From Undibacterium terreum (lineage in GTDB: Bacteria > Pseudomonadota > Gammaproteobacteria > Burkholderiales > Burkholderiaceae_D): a stretch of DNA of 64,000 nucleotides. Of the stretch, positions 9,936-18,120 are shown in pieces (within the stretch, counting starts at the first letter, position 1; the number at the start of each line of letters is the position of its first letter). The DNA is taken from assembly GCF_014636315.1 (NCBI RefSeq), contig NZ_BMED01000001.1:685941-749940 (forward strand). The letters run 5' to 3'. Position numbers and translations under genes: made by a program. The notes under the pieces are model-generated. The model did not search any database. It saw only the letters and a list, made by a program, of their open reading frames with translations, and had not been told where the DNA came from.

Positions 9936-11144
9936 TTACAGCAAATGGTCCAGCATGTCCGGGCCGAATACTTCCCTATGCAGCCGGGTGGGTGGCACAC
10001 CGCGCTTGATCAGCGACAGCCATTGCGACTGCATGAATTTGATCGGGCCGCACAGGTAGACATGTGTCTCAGCCAGCGGCCACGCCGCCAGCTTTTCAAT
10101 TTCCATCAGGCCGACAGCGATATCTGCTGTTTCCGTTGTTTCCGTTTTTGCCGCATTTTCATAGAAAGTCACTACCTGCAAATTCGGCATGCGCTGCTTG
10201 GCGGCGGCAAGATCGTCCTGATGCGCATGATGAGCTGCATCGCGGGCGGCATGTGCAAAGATCACCTGGCGTTCCGGCATCGTTGCCGCGATATGGTTCA
10301 ACGCTGAAATCATCGGCGTAATCCCTACACCAGCCGACAACAGGACCACAGGGCCATCGCCTATGGCACCCGGCGCAAAGTCGCCGCAAGGCGTGCTGAC
10401 CGGCAGGATATCACCCAGCTTCAGGTGATCGTGCAGCCAGTTCGAGACCATGCCGGCCGGCGTCTCTGCGTCTGCAGGTTCGCGCTTGACCGAAATACGC
10501 AGGCTGGACTTGCCCGGCGCGTCAGACAGGCTGTATTGCCGCAACTGGCGCAACCCACTAGGCAAAACGATGGCGACGCTGACATACTGGCCGGGAATGA
10601 AATCCGGCACCGCACTGCCGTCGGTGCGCTCCAGCGTAAAGGACGTAACCAACTCACTCTGCTGCTGCACGCCCACAACCCGCATATCAAACAAGGTTCC
10701 CGGCTCCGTGCCGGACTGGTGGTACAGCCTGTTCTCTTCATCAATCAGCGCCTGTGCCAGCACGCCATAGGCCTCTGCCCACGCAGACAATAGCGCCGGC
10801 GTCGCCGCATCGCCCAGCGTATCCTGTATCGCCTGCAGCAAATGCCTGCCGACGATAGGGTAATGAGACGGCTTGATCCCCAGCGACACATGCTTGTGGA
10901 CGATGCGCGAGATAACCGGCGTCAGCGCTGCTGGATTATCGATATTGGCGGCATAGGCAAATACTGCGGAAGCCAGCGATTGCTGCTGCGACCCGTTAGC
11001 CTGGTTACCCATATTAAAAATATTGTGCAGGTCAGGATATTCCGCAAACATATTGCTGTAAAAAAGGCGGGTAATCGCGAGGCCATGCTCGCGCAAAACA
11101 GGAACACTGGCATCAATATAAGGACGGGCTTCTGCTGAAATCAT
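9936..11144 (-). CDS. hmp: Flavohemoprotein (nitric oxide dioxygenase) Hmp
   Basis: ATG at 11144 with GGAG RBS (rc GGAGtacttATG). The globin domain starts MISAEARPYIDASVPVLREHG and is followed by an FAD/NAD reductase module. The tool ORF is extended upstream to 11255 by 37 non-homologous codons. Confidence 0.9.
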   Translation of the reverse strand: MISAEARPYIDASVPVLREHGLAITRLFYSNMFAEYPDLHNIFNMGNQANGSQQQSLASAVFAYAANIDNPAALTPVISRIVHKHVSLGIKPSHYPIVGRHLLQAIQDTLGDAATPALLSAWAEAYGVLAQALIDEENRLYHQSGTEPGTLFDMRVVGVQQQSELVTSFTLERTDGSAVPDFIPGQYVSVAIVLPSGLRQLRQYSLSDAPGKSSLRISVKREPADAETPAGMVSNWLHDHLKLGDILPVSTPCGDFAPGAIGDGPVVLLSAGVGITPMISALNHIAATMPERQVIFAHAARDAAHHAHQDDLAAAKQRMPNLQVVTFYENAAKTETTETADIAVGLMEIEKLAAWPLAETHVYLCGPIKFMQSQWLSLIKRGVPPTRLHREVFGPDMLDHLL

Positions 11145-11164
11145 AAGTACTCCATTTACATATT

Positions 11165-11183
11165 GTTGCATATTAAATGCAAC
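11165..11183. promoter_or_regulatory. Candidate NsrR operator: perfect palindrome GTTGCAT-ATTAA-ATGCAAC, 20 nt upstream of the hmp start
   Basis: 7-bp perfect arms read directly. AT-rich, ATGCAT-type half sites resemble Rrf2/NsrR boxes. The position matches known hmp regulation by NsrR. Confidence 0.6.
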
Positions 11184-11273
11184 TTTTAAATTAAAAAAAA
11201 CAAACTCTGTCAATTCTTTCGCTCGGCACCGCAACGCACCAGTATTCGCGCGCAAAAACCACCGGGCTAGCGG

Positions 11274-11735
11274 TCAGCTCTCCTCTCTTAGCTCCCGCAC
11301 AAGAAATTTCCTGTGCATGCCAACGATCAGTTCTCCGGTATCTCCACTGACAATGTCGGCGAGCGTATGACGGTTCATCGCGGCATAAAAGGCTTGCATC
11401 CCTCCCCGCAGTGCCTGGCGCAGACCGCAATCACCAGCCTGCCTGCATATAAGTCCCTGGCAATCTCCCGCTTCGCCGCGGCCTTCCAGTACCTGCAATA
11501 CATCGCCTATGCGCAAACGATCCGCAGGAACAGCCAGGCTGATGCCTCCATGGCGGCCGCGCAGTGCGTCTATCCATCCCAGTTTGGCCATGGCACCGAC
11601 CACCTTGACCAGATGGTTATGCGAAATATCAAACTGGCAGGCCACCTCTGCAACGGTCACAGCGGGCGATCTTTGTTCACGGGCCAGGTACATCAATACC
11701 CTCAGGCCTATATCTGAAAAGCGCGTCAGTCGCAT
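11274..11735 (-). CDS. nsrR: Rrf2-family NO-responsive transcriptional repressor NsrR
   Basis: N-terminal Rrf2 wHTH (MRLTRFSDIGLRVLMYLA...). Three clustered Cys (GDCQGLICRQAGDC) as Fe-S ligands. Immediately upstream of hmp on the same strand. Confidence 0.85.
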   Translation of the reverse strand: MRLTRFSDIGLRVLMYLAREQRSPAVTVAEVACQFDISHNHLVKVVGAMAKLGWIDALRGRHGGISLAVPADRLRIGDVLQVLEGRGEAGDCQGLICRQAGDCGLRQALRGGMQAFYAAMNRHTLADIVSGDTGELIVGMHRKFLVRELREES

Positions 11736-11769
11736 CTGGCTGTCCTCATGTGCAAGCCATTTTAATTAA

Positions 11770-11788
11770 GATGCATATTAAATGCAAC
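11770..11788. promoter_or_regulatory. Second NsrR-type box GATGCAT-ATTAA-ATGCAAC (6/7 arm match), about 35 nt upstream of the nsrR start
   Basis: 17 of 19 positions identical to the box at 11165-11183. Implies autoregulation. Confidence 0.55.
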
Positions 11789-11847
11789 ATAATTTATACA
11801 GATCGACCGTCATTGAAAAATGTGTTTTTATGGAAAGGAAAACAGGA

Positions 11848-13062
11848 TCAGAAGTGCAGCGGGGCGTAGTTCTTCATCCAGTCCAGCAAGACGATCGCCG
11901 GAACGGGGCGGCTGAAATAATAGCCCTGTGCGATGTCACAGCCATTGATACGCAGGAATTCCAGTTGCTCCTTGGTTTCCACGCCTTCGGCCACAATTTT
12001 CATGCCCAGTTCATGGCCTATTTCTATGGTCTTGCGCACCACTACCCTGGCGCTGTTCAACTGGTGCATGTCATGCACGAAGGAGCGGTCTATCTTCAGC
12101 TCGGTCGCGGGAACACGGCGCAGCTGCTGCATCATTGCATAGCCGGTGCCGAAATCGTCTATCGACAGATGCACGCGCTTCATGCGCAGGCGGGTAAGGA
12201 TATCCAGCGCGCTGGCTAGTTCCTGGATCAGGCCGCTCTCGGTAATTTCCAGCACGATATTCTCGGGCGCCACGCCGTATTGCCTGGCCAGGCCGACAAA
12301 AATATCCGGCAACTGCAGGTCATGCAAGGATTGCGGCGATACGTTCAACGACAACTTTAGCTGCAGGCCTTCGCGGTTGACGAACTGCCGGATTTCGCTC
12401 AGGCCCAGGCGCGCCACATACCAGCCCAGTTCGTCTATCACGCCCAGCACTTCCGCTTGCGGAATGAAGTCATCGGGGAAGATCAGACCGCGCTCGGGAT
12501 GCTGCCATCGCACCAGCGCTTCCACGCCGACCACTTCGCCGGTAGCGATGTTCAACTGCGGCTGGTAATGCAGGACCAGTTCCTCGCGCACCATGGCCCG
12601 CAGCAACTCGTCCTTGGTGACTGCCTTGCTGATCTGCTTCGGTTCCGGCGTCAGTATATTTAGCAGCGCATAGCCTTTCAGCAGCTTTTGCAGTTCAGGC
12701 AGCCTGAATGGCTTTTGCAAATGGCCAGCAACCGACAAGCCCAGCGTCTGTGCCAGCTCTTCGGCGGTTTCCAGCACCCGCTTGTCGTAGCCGCTCATCA
12801 GTATCAGCGTGGTCTTGCACTTTTGCTGTCCCAGCAGCCGCAGCAGCTCTATGCCGTCCATATCCGGCATCATCAAGTCCATCATGATCAGCGTGACGTC
12901 ATCATCCAGTGCCTTCAAAAAATCGCCGGCATTGGTCGTGGATGTATACTCGAAGCCGAGAGACTGGGCAACAATACCGGCGAACTCCCCTACCTCCCTT
13001 TCATCATCGATGATCAGCAAGTGCGGTAATTTCTTTGCTTCGTCAGTTTTAGTGGATGTCAT
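11848..13062 (-). CDS. Response-regulator receiver + EAL domain c-di-GMP phosphodiesterase (RocR/PvrR-like)
   Basis: ATG at 13062 (MTSTKTDEAKKLPHLLIIDDE...). REC domain with the acidic pocket and phospho-accepting Asp. EAL domain with EALVRW and DDFGTGYAMM. The tool ORF uses an upstream TTG at 13134. Confidence 0.8.
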   Translation of the reverse strand: MTSTKTDEAKKLPHLLIIDDEREVGEFAGIVAQSLGFEYTSTTNAGDFLKALDDDVTLIMMDLMMPDMDGIELLRLLGQQKCKTTLILMSGYDKRVLETAEELAQTLGLSVAGHLQKPFRLPELQKLLKGYALLNILTPEPKQISKAVTKDELLRAMVREELVLHYQPQLNIATGEVVGVEALVRWQHPERGLIFPDDFIPQAEVLGVIDELGWYVARLGLSEIRQFVNREGLQLKLSLNVSPQSLHDLQLPDIFVGLARQYGVAPENIVLEITESGLIQELASALDILTRLRMKRVHLSIDDFGTGYAMMQQLRRVPATELKIDRSFVHDMHQLNSARVVVRKTIEIGHELGMKIVAEGVETKEQLEFLRINGCDIAQGYYFSRPVPAIVLLDWMKNYAPLHF

Positions 13063-13275
13063 AGGATGGTCGTTAAAAGCGAATGATCGGCATACGAAAC
13101 ATCTTTCCCACGCGATGTCAGAACAGGCTAGCAACGCACCACAGAGACAAATTCACTACTTATGTCAATTTGGCACACTTAAATAATACCCTTGCGGCGG
13201 ACCATTACAACAGGGCGCCGCAACAGGCATTTAATAGCAAGCGCTATAGATACTCGATACGCCTTATTGCATTTG

Positions 13276-13305
13276 GGCACAACTGTCATTATTGACAGTT
13301 GTGCC
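13276..13305. promoter_or_regulatory. Perfect palindrome GGCACAACTGTCA-ttat-TGACAGTTGTGCC (13-bp arms) with a CTGT-N8-ACAG LexA-like core, in the 349-bp intergenic region upstream of the REC-EAL gene
   Basis: Read directly; arms are exact reverse complements. No U-tract follows, so an operator is more likely than a terminator. Confidence 0.5.
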
Positions 13306-13483
13306 TGAAATTGCGGCAAAGCGGAAACGGACGCGCTAAATTATTTACGGTGAACGTTGTAAATCTTCTTTTTTAAAGGGCAGTTAACAATAGTTAATCA
13401 ATAGAGCAATTTTTTGATGGCAGTGCAGCCAATAGATAAAGCCTGAAAGTCTGGAGCTAATTCCATCAATAGGAGCGAGTGCA

Positions 13484-14146
13484 TTAGGTATCGGTGCGAA
13501 CCAGGTCCCAATTGTCTTCATCGTCGTAGCCGGTAATCCAGTTCACTGCTTGGTGCCATTGCTGCACGACAGTCGCATCCAGATTTCCCGGCACTTCCTT
13601 GCCGATCAGATGCGCATGACGCACTGCCCAGTGCAGGCGGTACAGCAAGTCCACCCAGCCTAGTATCTCGCGCTTGGAGCGCAATTTGATGCTGGAGCGC
13701 AGGCGATCCGGCGCCTCGCCTTGCTGCGGCAAGCTGGCCAGCACAGGCTTCAGGTTGGATGCGGAGCCGGGCAGATCCAGCTTGCGCACCAGGCCAGCAC
13801 ACCAGCCCAGGAAGAATAAGGCTTCGTGACGCTCGGCAAAAGAAATACGCGTCTTTTCGTCGCATGCCGAATATCCCGCTGCATTAAACAAAAACTCATG
13901 TTCCGCAGCAGACAGCCACGCAGCGATATCGTGCATTTCTACATACGCACGGAACTGGCGGTACTGCTCTTCACCGGCCGCCGCACTGGATACGCACCAC
14001 AGCGCCACCATACGGTGCAATAGATCCTCACTGGAGCGCAGCGTGACTTCCTCGTCGCTCTCTGTCAGCGGCAATTGCAGGTTGATGCGGATACCGCGCT
14101 TGTGCAATAAGGTTTCGGAAGTGAGCTTACGGTTTTCTGGAGTCAT
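13484..14146 (-). CDS. Hypothetical protein (start uncertain: ATG 14146, ATG 14176 or TTG 14239)
   Basis: Long ORF with coding-like composition and no recognisable motif. None of the candidate starts has a clear RBS. The longest form runs into the inverted repeat at 14169-14194. Confidence 0.45.
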   Translation of the reverse strand: MTPENRKLTSETLLHKRGIRINLQLPLTESDEEVTLRSSEDLLHRMVALWCVSSAAAGEEQYRQFRAYVEMHDIAAWLSAAEHEFLFNAAGYSACDEKTRISFAERHEALFFLGWCAGLVRKLDLPGSASNLKPVLASLPQQGEAPDRLRSSIKLRSKREILGWVDLLYRLHWAVRHAHLIGKEVPGNLDATVVQQWHQAVNWITGYDDEDNWDLVRTDT

Positions 14147-14168
14147 GAGTCTGCTTCGATGTCTGATA

Positions 14169-14463
14169 GAACTCATTTCATAAATAGGAGTGAGATGCGT
14201 TTGCCCCACGCCGGGCGCCCTTAAAAGCGGCGCTGGCAAGGCGTGCGAGGCGTCAATAGCAAGCTATTTGACGGGGCCGCCGAGGTAACGAGTGCAACGC
14301 AGTCCAGCGCCACTTTTAAGGCAAACCCTTCGGGAACGGCCCATTTGGGCGCATTGCAGCGTTGTGCCGCTAGCAAAGACGGCCAGTCTTTGCGTCGCAG
14401 CACGCCTTGCACTGCATCCCAAATGGACTCGTTCGCACTCGCTCCTATTTATGAAATGAGTTC
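14169..14463. repeat. Pair of 26-bp inverted repeats (25/26 match) bracketing about 243 bp of non-coding DNA: MITE-like or long structured element
   Basis: GAACTCATTTCATAAATAGGAGTGAG at 14169-14194 versus CTCGCTCCTATTTATGAAATGAGTTC at 14438-14463. Interior halves show partial reverse-complement similarity (e.g. GCAAGGCGTGC appears on both sides). Confidence 0.6.
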
Positions 14464-14540
14464 TAATTAAGTTTTTCCGACGGCATTATACATCCGGGCC
14501 AGCCCTGCCCCTCCTGCCCCGTCCTCTTACCTGGCCAGGC

Positions 14541-16760
14541 CTACTCTATCGTCACCGGCAGATCACGCCCGGTCCTGGCCTGGTTGCCGGCAAAATCAGC
14601 TGCAAATATACGCACGATATATTCACCAGGAGGAAGTGCCGCCGTTTTCCATGCCCCTACCCTGGCCTCTCCGTCTCGCACGGTGTTGGTCACGGAATAC
14701 AGGAAGCGGGTCGCCGCACTGCCGTACACAGTAATGCCGCTATTGTCCGCATAGGCAATCTTGACCGCCTCACGGTCCGGCGGCAGGCGGTTGAATTCCA
14801 TTGTCAGCGCAGGCTGCTCAAATCCCGCGACAGGCATGCCATCAGCATGCAGTATCTGGTAGCCCAGCTTGTACAGGCCCAGGCGCCTGCGTGCCAGGTT
14901 GCCGTCCATCTGGTCATAGGCATCCACAACAATGTTGATACCGGCCGGATCGCGAGCCACCAGCAGGCGGCCATCGCGCTTCTTGCTATAGCGCTGGCCG
15001 GATTGGTCAAATAGCTGAATGCTGTCTATATGCGGTGCGATGCTGTCGGCAAAGCCGATAAAGTGCAAGGCGAGCGCATTTTCTGCCTGTCCATACGGGC
15101 TGTAGCCCATATGCACGTGAAACATGCGATTGACCGTGCCCAGCGTATCACCTACTTTGAACTGCGTGCCGCGCTTGACGCGCACGCGTGCTGGACGACC
15201 TTTGTCATCTTCCAGTATCTGGAAACGGGATGGATCAATAGGCTTGTTCTTTGCTGTGCGTCCCACACGCATATGGATATAGCTGAGGCTATCCAGGCTG
15301 ATGCCTTCGCTCAGTCCGCCAAAGCCCCAGTTGGGCAGGGGGTTGCTGACCTTTTCATCGGCAACCGCCAGCACAGGCTCCCCCATGTCGGCCTGCACGT
15401 CCACGCCAGCGTGAAAATGCTCGCGGCTCTCACCGTCAAAACTGCCCCGCACTTCCCCTACCGTTCCCACAATTTCATGCCAGGCATTTTGCGGCTTGAC
15501 CGGCCATAGAAGGCCTGGCTTGCCGGCACCGGCCAGCTTCCTGGCAAGCGGCGCTGCAGGGGGAATTGCCGTTCTGTCTGCCATCTGCTGCGCCTTTTCC
15601 TGCAGGCTTAACTGGCTCAGCTCATGCGAGCTGAGCCTGCGCACCAGGCGCCTGGCCGAGTCGCTCACATACAGGCTGCCGTCAGCGGACTGCACAATGC
15701 CAGCGGGGTCGCTTACGCTTATTTCCGTATCCGTGCTGTAGGCTGGATCGGCCCCGGCGTCCTTCAGACCCGCCAGTTCGCCCACCGGAGATAGCTGAAT
15801 AATACGTCCATGCGAAGCTTCAGCCACATACAGGTAGCCATCATGTGTCAACGCCAGCGCCACGGGCCGGCGTAGCAATTCCGTGCGTTCGTCAGTTGCC
15901 GCACGCGCCAGCGTCGTCACCTGGCCGTCGCTGCCCAGCTTGCGGATCGCATTGTTCTTGGTATCGGCAATGTACAGTTCCCCCTGATCGTTGACCGCCA
16001 ACGCGCAAGGCGTATCAAACAATGCAGCCAGGGCCGGTCCATCCTGGTAGCCCGGCGCAGCACCGCCGGCCAGCGTCTTCACCTGGCCATCAACGGTGAT
16101 CACACGTATGCGGTCATTATAGGTATCGGCCACATACACATTGCCCTGCTTGTCTACCGCCACCCCTATCGGGCCATTGAACAGAGCCTGGCCAGCCGCG
16201 CCATCGCGGTACCCCGCCTTGCCGCTGCGGTCGCCGGCCAGCGTGGTGACCATGCCTTGTGCGGTGATCTTGCGTATCGCGTTATTGCCGGTATCGGCGA
16301 CATAGATATTGCCGGCGCCATCTGCTGCCAGGCCGGATGGCGTATTGAAGGATGCGGCAGCGCCCTGGCCGTCGGCAAAACCTTCGGCAGAGCCTGCCAG
16401 GCTGCTCACGATGCCGTCGGGCGTAATTTTTCGTATGCGGTTATTCTCTCCGGCATCGGCGACATACAGGTTGCCCACCAGATCCAGCGCCAGTCCATAC
16501 GGATCGTCAAACCGTGCCTTGCGGGCCGTGCCGTCAGCAAAGCCTATGCCGCCGTCACCGGCAAAGGTAGTCGCCAGTGCCGGCCAGCCCATGACCGTCG
16601 GCTTGGGGCCGGATTTGCCGATCACCTTGGAGATCAAACCGCCTTTGGAAGAAGAAGAATCTTCTTCAGATCCGGCATAATGTGCTGCTGAATAGGCACC
16701 GGCGGCGGCGAGGATAACTGCAACTGCAGCGAGACTTAACTTGGTAAGGCGTTGAGACAC
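14541..16760 (-). CDS. Membrane-anchored NHL-repeat beta-propeller protein fused to an M23/LytM-type metallopeptidase-like domain
   Basis: GTG start with N-terminal TM. About 6 NHL repeats (GLALDLVGNLYVADAGENNRIRKITPDG and similar). Then HFHAGVDV...D, HMRVG and HVHMGY, matching the M23 HxxxD / HxH zinc motifs. Confidence 0.7.
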   Translation of the reverse strand: MSQRLTKLSLAAVAVILAAAGAYSAAHYAGSEEDSSSSKGGLISKVIGKSGPKPTVMGWPALATTFAGDGGIGFADGTARKARFDDPYGLALDLVGNLYVADAGENNRIRKITPDGIVSSLAGSAEGFADGQGAAASFNTPSGLAADGAGNIYVADTGNNAIRKITAQGMVTTLAGDRSGKAGYRDGAAGQALFNGPIGVAVDKQGNVYVADTYNDRIRVITVDGQVKTLAGGAAPGYQDGPALAALFDTPCALAVNDQGELYIADTKNNAIRKLGSDGQVTTLARAATDERTELLRRPVALALTHDGYLYVAEASHGRIIQLSPVGELAGLKDAGADPAYSTDTEISVSDPAGIVQSADGSLYVSDSARRLVRRLSSHELSQLSLQEKAQQMADRTAIPPAAPLARKLAGAGKPGLLWPVKPQNAWHEIVGTVGEVRGSFDGESREHFHAGVDVQADMGEPVLAVADEKVSNPLPNWGFGGLSEGISLDSLSYIHMRVGRTAKNKPIDPSRFQILEDDKGRPARVRVKRGTQFKVGDTLGTVNRMFHVHMGYSPYGQAENALALHFIGFADSIAPHIDSIQLFDQSGQRYSKKRDGRLLVARDPAGINIVVDAYDQMDGNLARRRLGLYKLGYQILHADGMPVAGFEQPALTMEFNRLPPDREAVKIAYADNSGITVYGSAATRFLYSVTNTVRDGEARVGAWKTAALPPGEYIVRIFAADFAGNQARTGRDLPVTIE

Positions 16761-16941
16761 GTTCTTGTACCTGTAAAGCGAATAAGCAGAACGCGCATCT
16801 TAAACGACTTTTACCGCCTTGTGCTCAATCGGCTAATCGACTCGCTGGTCAAAAATGCTCCCCCCGAAGGTTTGCCGATGGCAACATCGACAAGTATCTG
16901 CGGGCACTGTAGGATGCATTTATTCTGTGGCGGAGACTATC

Positions 16942-18111
16942 ATGATCATCAAGACGTCTTGTGCTTTAGCTTTTACTCCCCTGTTGCTGACAGCCTGCGT
17001 GACCACCGGTGACGCACCGCCAGCTTCCAAAAGCGGCGCCGCAGCCCCTGTCATGACGAGCCCCGCAACCCAGACCGACACCATGCCCGCGCTGCCCGAA
17101 CCGGTCGTGGACAGCAAGGCTGCCGCCACTGCGATACTCAATACCAGCTATACGATAGACGGCCTGATCCTGCCTACGGTGCGCGGCCAGCAATTGATAC
17201 AGACCCGCAGCGACATGCGCCGCACCGATGCCGTGATGAACTTCGACAACCGCCTGATCAATGCCTTCGCCGGCGACAACCGTTCCGCCGACATCATCCG
17301 GCTGGACAAGAAGCTGGTCTGGACACTGAATCCCGCAAAAAGAACCTATAAAGAGTGTCCACTGGCAGGCTGCAGTACCGGCACCGGCAATGCGCCGGAA
17401 AAATCCAAACCCGAGCAAAAATCAAAACCGTCGGAACCCAGTTGCCCGCTCAGCCTGAAGAAAAATGAGTTGAAGGTGCTCGCCACCGGCGAACAGAAAA
17501 ATATCAATGGCTTCAACACTGAACGCATACAACTGACATGGATTGTGGAACTGGAAGACAAGCAAAGCCGCCGCAACAGCAACCGTGTACAACTGGATCT
17601 GTGGACCACGCCGGAAAACAGCCAGATCAGGCAGGTACAGGCACTCAATGAAAGTTTTCAGAAGCGCTGGATGACTGCACTGGCAGTGCCGGAGCATCCT
17701 TTCAGCAAATATGTACCGCGCGAGGTAATGGGTTCTTTTGGCGGCCTGATGCGGGGTTTCAGCGCCAAGGATGCCAGGGCATTTGCAAGCTGGGGCGGCG
17801 AACTGAAAAAAGTACACGGCTATCCTATCGCCATGAACCTGTCGTGGACTGTCAGCGGCAACGCCTGCGGCGATGATAGCAATACAGCAAACAGCGCGAC
17901 ACAGCGAGCAAGCCTGCCGCCTACCAGCGTCAGCGGCGCCATCAGCAGCCTGCTGGGCGGCATGGTGGAAGACAAGGTAAAGGAAACCGCGAAGGCCGCA
18001 GCCGCAGGCGGCGCCTTGCTAAGTTATAACTATGAAGTCAAGACCATCGATATCAAACCAGTCAGCGACAGCGGCTTCAGCCCCGACCCTGCCTATCAGC
18101 GGGCGCAATAG
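16942..18111 (+). CDS. Hypothetical lipoprotein
   Basis: GGAG RBS 7 nt before ATG 16942. Lipobox LLTAC in MIIKTSCALAFTPLLLTACVT. No recognised catalytic motif. Confidence 0.6.
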   Translation: MIIKTSCALAFTPLLLTACVTTGDAPPASKSGAAAPVMTSPATQTDTMPALPEPVVDSKAAATAILNTSYTIDGLILPTVRGQQLIQTRSDMRRTDAVMNFDNRLINAFAGDNRSADIIRLDKKLVWTLNPAKRTYKECPLAGCSTGTGNAPEKSKPEQKSKPSEPSCPLSLKKNELKVLATGEQKNINGFNTERIQLTWIVELEDKQSRRNSNRVQLDLWTTPENSQIRQVQALNESFQKRWMTALAVPEHPFSKYVPREVMGSFGGLMRGFSAKDARAFASWGGELKKVHGYPIAMNLSWTVSGNACGDDSNTANSATQRASLPPTSVSGAISSLLGGMVEDKVKETAKAAAAGGALLSYNYEVKTIDIKPVSDSGFSPDPAYQRAQ

Positions 18112-18120
18112 AAACACGCA

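Noticed and set aside
13484-14239. N-terminal 31 codons of the tool ORF (MPAPLLRAPGVGQTHLTPIYEMSSIRHRSRL)
   Set aside because: This part is encoded by the left arm of the inverted repeat and its flank. The same PIYEMSS peptide appears in the spurious ORF 14243..14470 read from the right arm, so it is a repeat artefact rather than protein sequence.
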